This document shows, in pieces, positions 1 to 12,758 of a stretch of DNA of 64,000 bases. A program made the position numbers and the translations under genes. Each line of letters starts with the position of its first letter. The first letter of the stretch is position 1. The notes beneath the pieces were generated by a model. That model saw nothing but the letters and a program-made list of their open reading frames with translations. It did no database searches and had not been told where the DNA came from. Origin of the DNA: Okamejei kenojei (Eukaryota); NCBI GenBank assembly GCA_035221665.1, contig CM069163.1, positions 21,638,001 through 21,702,000 of the forward strand, written 5' to 3'.

Positions 1-440
1 AAGCACAGGGATACAGGATCACACGTAATCGCTGTAATGGACCGGCGGCCTGACCAGGCGACCAGACTGGGTCCGCACCTCGCCATCACCTCCTTCCCCG
101 ACGGGAACAAGCGGGGACGCTGGGGCATGGTGGGGGCTACGGACAGAGCATCAAAGACTAGGATGTCAGGTTTACGACAGGCAGAAGCCATCACGGCACA
201 GGGAGGGGGTACTGGGACTAAGAAAATAAAACGCGATAGACTGGAGACGCAGAAAGAAGCACTTCTGACACCATGTAGAGAAGGTACACAGACACCTTAA
301 AGTCTTCAGCACTTTATTAAGCATACATCACTAGAGAGAGAGCTAGGGGCGTGTGGGTTACAATTATACTAACTGGTGGGGGAGTGGTTAGCATGGACAT
401 CGTTAATATCAATTAAAGGTGTACACACATATCATCTACA
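1..440 (-). mobile_element. Internally deleted Gypsy/Mag-type LTR retrotransposon (5' LTR 274-440, PBS 261-273, gag start fused to pol end); runs off the window edge
   Basis: LTR bounded by TGTAGA...TCTACA; PBS TGGTGTCAGAAGT on the - strand; ATG at 191 gives MASACRKPDILVFDA; another frame ends RTQSGRLVRPPVHYSDYV* (stop 19-21), typical of a Gypsy integrase C-terminus. Confidence 0.8.
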
Positions 441-904
441 CATCCTAAGGCTTTGAATAGTTATGAATGCAAATTATTTCTTCCCAGTCTGATAATCTGC
501 ATGGAAATCAGTGGGAACTTGCTTTATACTGCTTTGACCTTTCCAAACTGGAATATTCCAGTTAATTATCTTGACCTTATTCTTTAGGATGGGAGAAAAG
601 TATTTATTTGGCATCGACCCCTAGTGTCTTGTGCATACTATTGAATGTGAAGTTGGCTTGGAGCAAATACCGTTTCCTCTTTACTTGCTAAGCATCCAAG
701 ATTGACATGTGTTTGTGTTAATAGCAAAGGAGGTGTTGATGAGCTTCCTTTCACAGGATTCACTCATTTCTTGATGGTAATATTTACCATGTTTCAAGTA
801 GCCATATCGTTTATTTTTGTTCTACTACCATAAATGCTGAAAGAGATTTTAGACTTAAGTACTGAAAAGTGGAACTGCAGGTTTTTTAAAATAAATGTTA
901 AAGC

Positions 905-1305
905 TAAAGACTAGGCTTGTATTCACTGGAGTTTAGAAGGATGAGGGGGGATCTTATAGAAACATATAAAATTATAAAAGGACTGGACAAGCTAGATGCA
1001 GGAAAAATTTTCCCAATATTGGGCGAGTCCAGAACCAGGGGCCACAGTCTTAGAATAAAGGGGAGGTCATTTAAGACTGAGATGAGAAAAAACGTTTTCA
1101 CCCAGAGAGTTGTGAATTTATGGAATTCCCTGCCACAGAGGGCAGTGGAGGCCAAGTCACTGGATGGATTTAAGAGAGAGTTAGATCGAGATCTATGGGC
1201 TGGTGGAGTCGAGGGATATGGGGAGAAGGCAGGCACGGGTTATTGATAGGGGGCGATCAGCCATGATCACAATGAATGGCCTCCTCCTGCACCTATTTTC
1301 TATGT
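905..1305 (+). mobile_element. CR1 LINE 3' fragment (ORF2 C-terminus plus 3' UTR)
   Basis: ORF 917-1246 LYSLEFRRMRGDLIETYKI...FTQRVVNLWNSLP...FKRELD is the characteristic CR1 ORF2 tail. Confidence 0.9.
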
Positions 1306-1364
1306 TGGGTATCCTATCAACTTTTCAGTTCCTGTATATTTTAGTATTATATCAGACTTGCTTG

Positions 1365-2575
1365 ATGCCACATTCAATCCTATGCTGCTTCAATGTCAAG
1401 AAGGGTCACTGTCGCTTTGCATCCTGGACTGCATTAAGAATAGGTGATCAAATGTACACCACGATAATTCTCAACACTGATGCCCAGCTAGGGCGTGTGC
1501 TCATTCCCTTGCTATACTCCCCATATACTTGCGATGTGTGGCGAAATTCTGGCCTAACTGCATTACAAGTTTGCAGCTGACACCACAGAAGTGGGCTGGA
1601 TCTCAAACAGTGACGAAACTACATGAAGGAGATAGAGAGCTAAATGACATGGTGTCAAAACATCCACCTCTTCCTCAATGTCAGCAAAACAAAGGAGATG
1701 GTTATTGACCTCAGGAAGTGAGATGGAGTACTTCCCTCCAGTTTATTGCAATGGTGCTGTAATTGAGATGATCGAAAGCTTCAAATACCTAAAGTATAAA
1801 TATCAACACCAATTTGTCCCGGTCCAGCCACATTGACGGCAAAGAAAGCACATCCAATTCTCTCCTTCCTCAGAAGGCGAAGGAAATTCAGCATATCTTC
1901 AACTACTCTTAGCAATTTCTACCAGATACACCATAGAAATCCAGATGCATGGCAACGTGGAATGGCAACTGCTCCGCCCAATACTGCAACATATTACAGA
2001 GTGTTATGACACGTCCCAGGACATGGGTCAAACCAGGCACCCCCCGCCCCTCATCCCCATACACTTCACTTCATACTGCCTTGGGAAAGCAGTGCATTCA
2101 AGGGTCAAGAGAGGATATTCTCTCTTCAATCTCCTGTGGACGGAAGATGCAAAATCTTGAAGGTGGGTACCACCAGATCCTCGGATGGGTACATGGACAC
2201 ATACATGGATAGGAAATGTTTAGAGGGGCCAAATGCGGGCAGGTGGGACTAGTGCAGATGGGGCATCTTGCTTGGCAAGTTGGGCCAAAGGACCTATTTT
2301 CATGCTGTATGACTCTATGACTAGAACAGCTTCTTCCCCACTATGATCGGACTCTCATTTGTTAAGGATGTATTCCCAGTCTCCCAATATACCTCGTTGT
2401 GGCCTTTGCACTTTTATTTTAAACAGTGCTTTCTCTCTAGTTGTAATACTATATTCTGCACTCTGTTCCCTTTCTCTTGCACTACCCAATGTACTCCTGT
2501 CTGGTATAATTTGCCTGGAGAGTAGGCAAAACAAAGTCTTCCATTGTATCTCGGCACACGTAATGATAACAAACC
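1365..2575 (+). mobile_element. Decayed Rex1/Babar-like LINE RT fragment with an inserted CR1-type 3' end (about 2180-2322)
   Basis: Degenerate RT motifs (G.P.G.VL.PLLYS.YT.D; LNVSKTKEMVID) broken by stops and frameshifts. Confidence 0.65.
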
Positions 2576-3974
2576 AATGTTGTCTGGGCTGTAGATTAGG
2601 CTGGATTAGTTTGGGAATGTATAAATACTTAGTTTTGTGAAAAGTGGCTGGAAAGAAATAGATGTTCATTATGTATTGTACGTTGTAATCAAAAACCAAG
2701 TGCTGGAAATATAAAACAAGACAAGAAATGCTGGAAATAACTAACAAGTAAGTCGGCGCCTGTGGAAATGGGCGAATATTTCACATTGACTGTTTATCTA
2801 GTACTAGTAAAACAACGTTCGCCTGGAATATTAACTCTATTTATTGCGAGCTATTCCTTTGTTTAGACAGGCTGTGATAGCTTGCTCTATGATGTTGGAG
2901 TGGTGTACAGTTGTTGCTCTGTATTTCTGGGTGTCTCCTCATTTAAATTTTTAGCTGCCCTTGTAATTTTGAAAACTTGGCTAGATCATTATTTCCAAAA
3001 TGTTCTGTTTGATTCATAAAGTTAGAAGCTCTGTAACAAAAAAATGCTTGCAATTATAATTGTGCTTAGATAATTACCTGCTGAAATAACATTTACTTTT
3101 GGGAGAAATCTGATTTTCCGAAAGTCACACTCAGAAAGTAATGCATGACCTAACATTCCTCTTGGCATAAATGGGTGAGATTTAGCTGTGACTATTTCTA
3201 AAAGACTGAATCTAACTGAACATTAGCTCCCAACCAATGGTTCCAGGTCTAAAGCAAATTATGATTGTTCATTTAACATTTTTAAGAATTGGTATATACT
3301 TTGAATTGATATATACCTTTAATGATTGTGATTTCTGTCTCATATTTTGCATGAGATTTTTGTTCCTAATTTTGAAAATTACATTTTCATATTTTCAACT
3401 ATACCCAATATTGAAAAAATCTGCTACAACTGTATTTCTGTAGGATTGCTTTCAAAAGGTTATTGCGACAAGATGAAAATAAAATTCACCTGCATCATAC
3501 TGTGATATCCTACTGATAATGGTCGTTAATACAACAATAATGATCTGTTATCAAATTGTTTAATGTTGATTTGGAAACAATGGAAAGTAGGTGTAGCTGA
3601 AAAATATGAAGGGCAAAGTTACTTTGTTAGTATAATAATCATGGGTAAAATCAATATTGTCACGTACACATCACTTCAATCTTGCAGGCTAGCTATTTGT
3701 TCTGCAGAAATACGTTTGAAATCTTGCCCTTTCTCCAAGAAAAAAATCCCATTATGCATGAATGCCATGTCTTTTTTATCATATTATCTGCCAAAAAAAA
3801 TGCAAAGGATCCTTTTCATCCAGCCATCATCAAATAATATATCTCGTCCAAATACTCAGTGAGGTATTCCACCACTTAGCAACACTGACTTCTGCATATG
3901 GAAAATATATTATCTCAGCCTTCCCTGTGATATGATTCAATTTTAGCTAGAGTAAGTTGTACCAACGTCTCGTT

Positions 3975-4250
3975 TTCACCCAACAAACAGCTAACAATGG
4001 CCTGTTTCCTTTATCATCGTTACTTTTTTTGTATATTCATTGTTCAGCATTCATTCATTGTTCTATATCTCTCTACTTCATTGTCTATATCTCTTGTTTC
4101 CCTTTTCCATGACTTTGTCTGAAGAAGGGTCTCGACCCGAAACGTCACCCATTTCCTCTCTCCAGAGATGCTGTCGGTCCCGCTGAGTTACTCCAGTTTT
4201 TTGTATCAATCTTCGGTTTATACCAGCATCTGCAGTTTCTTCCGACACAT
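3975..4250 (+). mobile_element. Penelope-type short repeat with hammerhead-like core (4119-4146)
   Basis: CTGAAGA-A-GGGTC-TC-GACCC-GAAAC-GTC followed by the family tail (ctctccagagatgctg...gctgagttactccag). Confidence 0.7.
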
Positions 4251-5185
4251 AATACCCATTAATTGACTGCTTATCAGTGACTATCTGTCATTGTAAATTT
4301 GGGCTGAAGAAGCTTTCCAATGGCTGACATGATCATTGCAACTCAAGAATGAGGAAGAGATATTTGGACAAGCTACCGGAGAGCTTGTAGTACAGTGCCG
4401 TCAGGAAAAACACAGCGGTGCAAATAAAAACGATACACCCATTTTCCTACTTCCTAACAGTACTACTTCCTAACCTCTTTCGGGTATCATGGTCCACATT
4501 GTGTCATGTTAAATTGACAACAGATCTGCATCTATCTTCTTCTCACATTCTGGCTATCCTTTTTTTGTATTTACTCTTTTTAGTTGCATTTTAACCTCTT
4601 GGCATTGAACAGAGCATAGCAGGTGAAATGGGAAGTATAGATGGAGCAGACTGAGGTTTTCTTTCAGTTGGAGTTAGAAGACTACAAAAAGACCTTTTAC
4701 AGATTTTTTAAAATTATGGCATTTGACAGGATTGATGTGAATGATTTCCATGACTTCTAGATAAGTCCAGAACAAGCGGAATCGTGATGTAAGCTAGTCA
4801 TCAAATGACGTAAAGAACTGAAGAGGATTTAGTGCAAAGCAATGATAATGTGGAATTTGTAATCACATGGGTTAGTTGTAGCAGATAACGGTTTAGGTTT
4901 ATTATTGTCATGTGTACCATGTACAGTGAAAAGCATTGTTTTGCATGCTATCCAAAAAGATCAGATATACTATATTTTGGTTCATAGGAGAAAATGTAAT
5001 GTAAATGTGAGAAATAGATAATGGGTAAATATGGTGATAAAGCCAGAAGATACAATTTCAGTGGGAGTATATTTATGATGGGTATTTATGAAAGATCTGG
5101 TTCTATACAACTGTCTCACCTTGCATCATCATTAAAAATATATATTTTGTTTGGCTTCCACATTCTGAAATCACATATACCACTC

Positions 5186-5320
5186 TGTGTAGGAAAGAAC
5201 TGTAGAGGCTGGTTTAAATCGAAGGTAGGCACAAAATGCTGAAGTAACTCAGCGGGACAGGCAGTATCTCCGGAGAGAAGGAATGGGTGACATTTCATGT
5301 CGAGACCCTTCTTCAGACTG
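5186..5320 (-). mobile_element. Copy of the same Penelope-type repeat
   Basis: Reverse complement of the 4110-4250 tail. Confidence 0.7.
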
Positions 5321-8300
5321 ATGACAGGGGAGTTGGCGGGACAGAGATAGGCTCTCACTAGGGTCGCCTCGATATCCCGCATTTTTGGTATCTGTAACAT
5401 TGGGTGCTTGGAATTGGGCTTTGGGAGACATAGCTGCAGTATTAATAGCACCAGATCCATGTGGAAATTACATGTACAGCTGGCCTGGCAAACATTCATC
5501 TTTAGGCCTGGGGAGTGTGGAAGTGTGGAGAAAGAGCATCTTTGCCCATTGAGGACAAATTTCCAGCATTTCTGCCAGAAGTAATATTGTCATTGGTAGT
5601 GGAGATTTGCGCCTTATTTTGCTGTGTAAAAATTGAGCCATATTTGAAAACATAAATGAAAAATAAAACAATGGGTTGTATGATAACTGAAATATGATTG
5701 GAAACATATTGTTATAATTAGATTAACCGTCCATAGATTCCTTGTACATTGTTTAGTTTTGGTTTTGAAATTCCTTACGAATCTGGGACAATGGAATTTT
5801 TAGTAATGTGTTTATAATGGGAATTGAAGCTGAGCGTAGGTCTGGTCTCAATTGGTGTTTTTGCCCCATTTTATAATGATTGCAAATGTGTGATTGGGCT
5901 GTTGTGTTTCTTTTTTCATTACCTTGAAGACAGCTTATTATTAGCAGCCATGGAGCTGTCAACTTGGCTTTTTCCAAGCCTGGTACAGTTGATCTACTCT
6001 GCATGACAGCTCCATGAAAAATGCAGACTGTTGCACTAGCAATTAGACCTTTTTCAAGCTCACCACAGCCTTTGACTTTACCATTGTCAGGTACGGTGGA
6101 GAACCCTCCCCATTTTCAGCTATCCACAGAAATTTATCGCCATCTTATGCTTCGTCTGCAATTGTATACAAGTTGTGACATTAAATAATAGTCTACAAAG
6201 TCCTAGAGGACCGATTAACAAGGAGACAGACCAGATATGGCGAAGGATATATTTCTGATTTGCGCAAACCATGTACCCTAGCTGATTCTGGTAACGCAAT
6301 AGAATTCCATGACATTCACAACTTCCAAGGTGACCTAGACTCTTTAAAAATAGCATAACCTATTTATCTTTTATGGATTTTTTAAAATCTGACCTTTATA
6401 AAGTGCAAAGTCAATCAGATATCTGTCTATTAAATACATTTTGGCTGCTTTCCATTCTTGATTTCCACCTCTGCAATGATATTATATTGCTCAAGGTCTC
6501 ATAACCTTGAGCAAAGTAGTTTATTTTTGGAGTTTAATTCAGTCACTTAAAAACGTTAGTGTACCATAAGTGAGTTAGAACAAGAAATGGTTTGATGTCA
6601 GAATTTCCCTGGACGATTCATTGAATGAATACTTGCTTAAAATTATTCTTGTATGAAGCAAGTAATAAAATAAACGTAGAACTCGAAACTGTAGGTACCA
6701 TAACTATTCCACTGTACAAAGAGAATCTGTGTTCAGATTTCTTAGTTGAAAGGCATGGATTTCTTTACCTCATCCTGTTGCTCTGTATAAATATTAGGCT
6801 AGATTGGTTTAGCTTAGTGTTTATTTTTTATCACCTATAGAGATATAGTGAAATGCTTGTTTTCCATGCTATCCAATCGAATCATACTAACATGAGTACA
6901 ATAGATTCTCTCCCAGAACAGCTTGCAGAGTATCGCTACATTCCGGTGCCATCGTGCAACTTGCATGTCTGTTTAAAAATCCCAATCTTGGCTCAAGAAG
7001 GTGCAATATCGCATTTTCTCACTTTAAAGCCCAGTGTCCAGGCAGCACTGGATCAATAAAATAGGGGTTGGCCTGGCCAAGCGTGATGTGCAACATCTGT
7101 AGGGTGCTCTCAATCACTCATTCATCCAGCAATGGTGGGATTGCACAAGACTTCCTCTGCCAATTACCATGACCCATGACCACTGCAAATGCATCAGCCA
7201 ACCACTCCAGCAGCCCCCCATTCAAGATCAAAGTTTTCAGAGACATGGAAGTTGCAAAATATCACTAGTATGCCACTGGCTTGCAACTTCTACAATGTTC
7301 GACACAATACCGGGCATAGCAACCTGCTTAATAGGCACACCCAATCCACAACCATTCACTCACTCCACCAGTGACGCATTGAAGTAGTTTGTACCATCTG
7401 CAGAATGCATTGCAGAACTTATCAAGCCTGCACCACTACCAGCTGGAAGGACAAGGGCAGCAAAAGCATAAGAACACCGCCACCTGTAAGTCGTCCTCCA
7501 AGCCACACACCATCAAGAGTTAGAAATATATTGTCGTTCTTAACAGTCGTTGGGTCAAAATCCTAGAATTCTCTCCCGAACAGTTTAGTGGGTATACTCG
7601 TGCCTCAAGTACCGCAAAGGTTCAAGAAAGCAGCTCACCAGCACGTGTTCAAATGCAATTACATGCAGTCTCCAAAGCCCACATCCCTTTAAGAACCATT
7701 GAACATAGTGCTTGAATCTCCAATGGCTTGGAAGCTACCTACCAAGTGCTTGGTAAATAGGATTGGACAGATGGTTTCTTGATGGTTGGTGTGGACATGG
7801 TGGGCTGAAAGAGATGTGCCTCTGCTGTATGACTCGGAGAAGCAGGGTCACTGATTTGAAAGCAAGATTAAAGTATTTAAAATTAAGTTGGGAATGATAA
7901 TTGTATATTTTTCCTTGGTACTTTCCTGTAGAAAGAAAGGGAGCCAGATGAATACTCTACGATATTTAGTACTGTACACTTGAGGAATCAAAGCCAAGTG
8001 TTTTCTAATGGTAAAGGGGGATCGAGGCCGTGTGATAAATTTACAAAGTTGTAGCACCTGGGTTTAGTCTTCATTATATTATGCATTTGGTTCATATTTT
8101 TAGTTTTTCTTTCTGCCCATTTGAGTCGAGTATAATAGAAATGATCTATGTAAACTTGGCAGGTTGAAGGTGCAAGTGTGTTATTACAAGATGCTAGTGG
8201 GAGGTGTAATTACAATGTGACAAAATGACATACGCAGTTTCCATGATAAATGTGCATACAGGAATATGTAATGGAGGACGTTGCCAGGAAATGGTTATTG

Positions 8301-9289
8301 CTGGAAGATTTTTTTTGCATCTTTTAAATTATTTTACGTGCTTCTCTTTCCAGATCTACTTATAGCAATTTTTGGCCCCCCTTTAGAAATAATTTTTTGA
8401 ATCCTGCGGATGCTCTCATTATAGATTTTGATAAAACTTTTGGCTGCTGATGAGGGAAGAAATCTTTGTAACCTTTGTCTAACACTTAATTGTCCTTGTT
8501 CATACAAGCCTCTTGCACACAAGCCCCATGATTTAACCCTTGCCATATATTTGATCATATAAGGGAAAATGTCAGTTCTTGACCTTTGACAAGCTGAGAA
8601 TTTTATCCCAGGACGCTGGAGTTTGCAATATTCGTACTGCTAGTTCAACTGACTAGAGAATTAAATTCTTCTTTTCACAATAACATAATACATAAATATG
8701 TGGAGGATTTTTCCCCTGGAGAGAGAAGCTCTAACCAGGGCTCAGTTTCAGAATAAGGAATGTCATTTACCACTGAAATAATGAGAAATGTATTTAGTTA
8801 TAGGTGGTGAATACAAATATATGAAATGGGAAAGGGGGTCGGCATTTCAGTCCCTCAAGCCTCATGGATAATCTGATTGTAATCTTAACTCCTCATTCCC
8901 GTGCTAAACTTTTGTCCCATTGATTCTTCCTCTGCTGTTGAAATTTGCAAAGACTACTTCCACTTCGAAGATATACAGGCGACCTCCACATTACCACCAT
9001 TTGGTTAACGGAAATTCACTTGCACCAGATATGCAAATCGCCACCCAAAAATTTTGAAATGTGGAATAAAATTTGTACTCGCTGAATTATAAATATATAA
9101 ACACTTTTATTTTCAATTCTTGTTTGTTGACGCTAGAAAGCCTATCTTGCCATTCCGCATGTCAGCCCACCTATTCCAGATATCCTCCTACTTCCAACAC
9201 ATGAAATCCTGAAATAAGCAAAAAAGTGTCTATTGTCAGTGGTAGGACAATTATTGGGGGGGGGGGGGGGGAAATCTGAGGAATATGAT

Positions 9290-9810
9290 TCATCTGCATT
9301 TGGAAAGGCTAAAGTTAATCAGATTATCAACAGAGCTTTGATAGGGGAAGATCCAGTTTGACCAATTTAGTTACATTTTTTGAAGATGTAACAAAATGTG
9401 TTTGAGGGCAGTGTGATTGATGTGGGCTACGTAGACTTAGGGCGTGCCAAAGTTCCACATGGGAGACGGGTCCAAGAGGTCAGTGAGTCCATGTGATCCA
9501 GAACAAGTTAGCAAATTAGGTCCAAAATTGCCTTGGGAACATTGGTGGTATTGTTGATAGTGAGGAGCTGGTTGTAAGCTACAGGATGTTGTTAATCAGT
9601 GGTGGGCAGAGCAATCGCATGTGGCATTTAACCAGAAAAGTGCATATTAATGCATTTTGGAAGGACTACAAAGGTCAGGAAATGATAGGCTCCTAGGGAA
9701 TATTGTGGCACTGAGAAACCTCAATGTACAAATGCAAAATTTCTGACGAGCCCAGATAAAAGTTTTGGGCGTTGAAGACGTTAAGAATCTATGACTTCAT
9801 TAGCCAGGGT
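9290..9810 (+). mobile_element. Old, decayed CR1 RT fragment
   Basis: Degenerate matches to CR1 RT (L..FFEDVTK..; KVPHGRL; FNPEKC..MHFGR). Confidence 0.55.
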
Positions 9811-9825
9811 TTATAATGTTAGAAA

Positions 9826-9995
9826 AGAGACACAAAATGCTGGAGTATTTCTCAGCAGGCAGCATCTCTGGAGAGAAGGAATGGGTGACGTTTCAGGTCG
9901 AGACCATTTCTCCAGAGTCGGGGGAAATGGAAATAAGAGATATAGACAGAGATATAGAACAAAGAAATGAAAGAAATGCAAAAAAAAACGATCAA
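9826..9995 (-). mobile_element. Penelope-type repeat copy
   Basis: agacacaaaatgctggag...gggtgacgtttcaggtcgagacc; antisense match to 4000-4210. Confidence 0.7.
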
Positions 9996-12298
9996 GGAAA
10001 CAGTCCTTTGTTGTACTGGAACACTAAGGATACAAGACAGGGCAGGAAAGTAGTGTCAAGATATGAGCCATTAAATTTTTGAATTGTGGAGCAGGTTTGA
10101 GAGGCTGAGTGGCTGCCGACTGCTCCCATTTCTTGTGTGCTTTACAAGCTGGCTAAGCATTTGTTAATACATTTCAATTAAACCTCTGCAGTTCTTGTGC
10201 AAATAGCAAGCCTCAGTTATTTAAACGTTGATATCTATTGCACATAAAAGCCTCGTCACTGGTGGTGTACTTAATCTCAAAAAGAGTTAATAACAAATTT
10301 AACTTTAAAGGCTGAAGTAACTCGTTTTATTGTTGAATCGAAGTTGAGGCAGGGAAAGTTAAGAATTTGCTCTGAATTAAACTCCATTGACCATAAATCT
10401 GAATGTTAAAATGATACAAAATTCCTTCCATGTCACTGTGGACGTGGCAGATATAGGAGGCATGCATGATGTAAATGTTGACGCTGCATTCATGGAACAA
10501 AATTCTGAAGCCAAACTTCTTTTTTGTTCCTCTTGATTCCCAGTGGCTTTGTTTCAAAAGTATAAACAGGGAATGGGGGAGGGATCTTGAATTATCCCAG
10601 CATTACGAAACCTTGTAAATGGAACTTTAGTTCTAGCCTCTGACTTTTATCAATTCTGTTTACATGCCAAACTATTCATGAGACCACTGGGAACATGATG
10701 CAGATTTATTTTATTTTAAGTGCACCAGTAAATATTTGATTGTACAAATGTTACATTTTGTGAATAGTTTTGGGCTGTTTTTATCCTATTACCAGAGCGA
10801 TAGTGCTTCCATTATAAGTGTATATGGGTGTGAGTTATCTCTCAAGATCGATGAAAATAATTGTTGTGTAACTTACAGTAAAGCTCTAACAATTGGCCCG
10901 CTCATATTTTTCTGGACTGAGATGGTTTATCTATTAATATCCTAGTGCACTTTAAATCGGTGTTTTATATGTTCCATAGTATTATTATTTTTGAAATGCA
11001 GTATGAAAATTGGGTTCCCAGTGAATAGAAAGGAAGCACAGGAAACATCACTCAGTAAGTCACATTATGGACCATTGGGATTTCTGACCTTTTATTGTAT
11101 TTGTAGTTGATGATGTGACTTTGATCAGGACTCAATGCTAAGGATTCTGTATTGGTGCACAGTTTACAAAATTGTTCAGTATTAATTCAACGCAGATTTT
11201 TAAAATATTTAAAGTTCTGGGAATGGTATGTTTTTCCTTTCTTCCTGCCAAAACACTGCAGTTGAAATTTAACATTGACCACTTTGTGTCTATTTTTAAA
11301 GAGGTTGAATTTGTTATTTTGTGGAGCTTAAAGAAACACCAATTTTTAACTTGCCACTGATCGGGTTACCACCACTGTGCTGGGTCCATCCGTGATCTCA
11401 CTCCTTTCAATCAAAATTACTTTTATATTCATCACAGATAAACATTGTATTGCCTGACAGACCAATTGCGATAGCTGATTGTTGTGTGCAGTTCACCGCC
11501 TCAAGATTGAATTTTGTTTTATTCTCTAGCCTGTTTTCACATGTGACCCAATCATCCCAGTTTTACATTGTTTCATACTAAACACGTATGCCACTCTGAA
11601 GGAAAGGTAGTATAAAACATCATCCTGTCAAATGCACAGGGTAAGAGTGTTGTATTAAAATAGTTGCCAATTAGTCATTGCAGCAAAATATGAATTTCAA
11701 ACTGTATTATGCTGGTCCTGGAAGACTGATGCTGAGAAATGGAATTTATTATTTTTCACTTTGTTTTTGCATTTTGCTATCACAGAAAAAAAAGAAATAT
11801 AGCACCCCTCTCATACTCCCTGTTTCTTTATTTCTTTGTCTGTCAGTCTGTGTGTTTCCAGAAGAAAAGTACAATATTTTTTTGACCAAGCAAAACCCAA
11901 AGTTGGGTATGTACTGGACCTTTTCTGTGTCCACTGAATGTTTTATTGATGTTTTTTGATTGTAACCTTTGTAGGACTGCACCTTTCACAACTGTGGCTG
12001 TAACTGCCATAGGCCATATAAAAGAAAAAATATTGCATTGTTACATGTTTACTGGAGTTTGGAAGCTCTCCCACCCTTACTACCTGCAATTTCCTGCACA
12101 TATTTGCCAATACAGGTATGTTGGTGCTATTAAACAGGAATATAAAGGTGAACACAACACGTACACTGTCTTGATTGGAAGACATGTGCACTGTCTTCCA
12201 ATTATTGGTGGTTATGCCAAAGAACAACTGGTCACGAGATGATGGGAAGGATGACACACCCAGGGAAATAAACTAATTTAAAGTTATGCTTGATTTAA

Positions 12299-12526
<228 letters not shown>

Positions 12527-12758
12527 TGAGGTAAAATACATTTCCCTTTCTGGTGAACTTTATTTTATTGTGAAAGGTGATTGTTTCCACATGATCCGCA
12601 TTGTTTACAGAAAGTACAGACCAGGGCCTTTGCAAAAGTGTATGACAACCAAATTAAAGTAATGGAGAAACAAAGAATTGCATATGTTGTCTTACCAAAC
12701 AAGGCACGGTGCTGGAGTAACTCAGTGGGTCAAGCAGCATCTCAGGAAAACAGAGATA

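Noticed and set aside
6487-6514. Short hairpins (11 bp here, 10 bp at about 12175-12201)
   Set aside because: Too short for pre-miRNA and close to chance expectation in 64 kb
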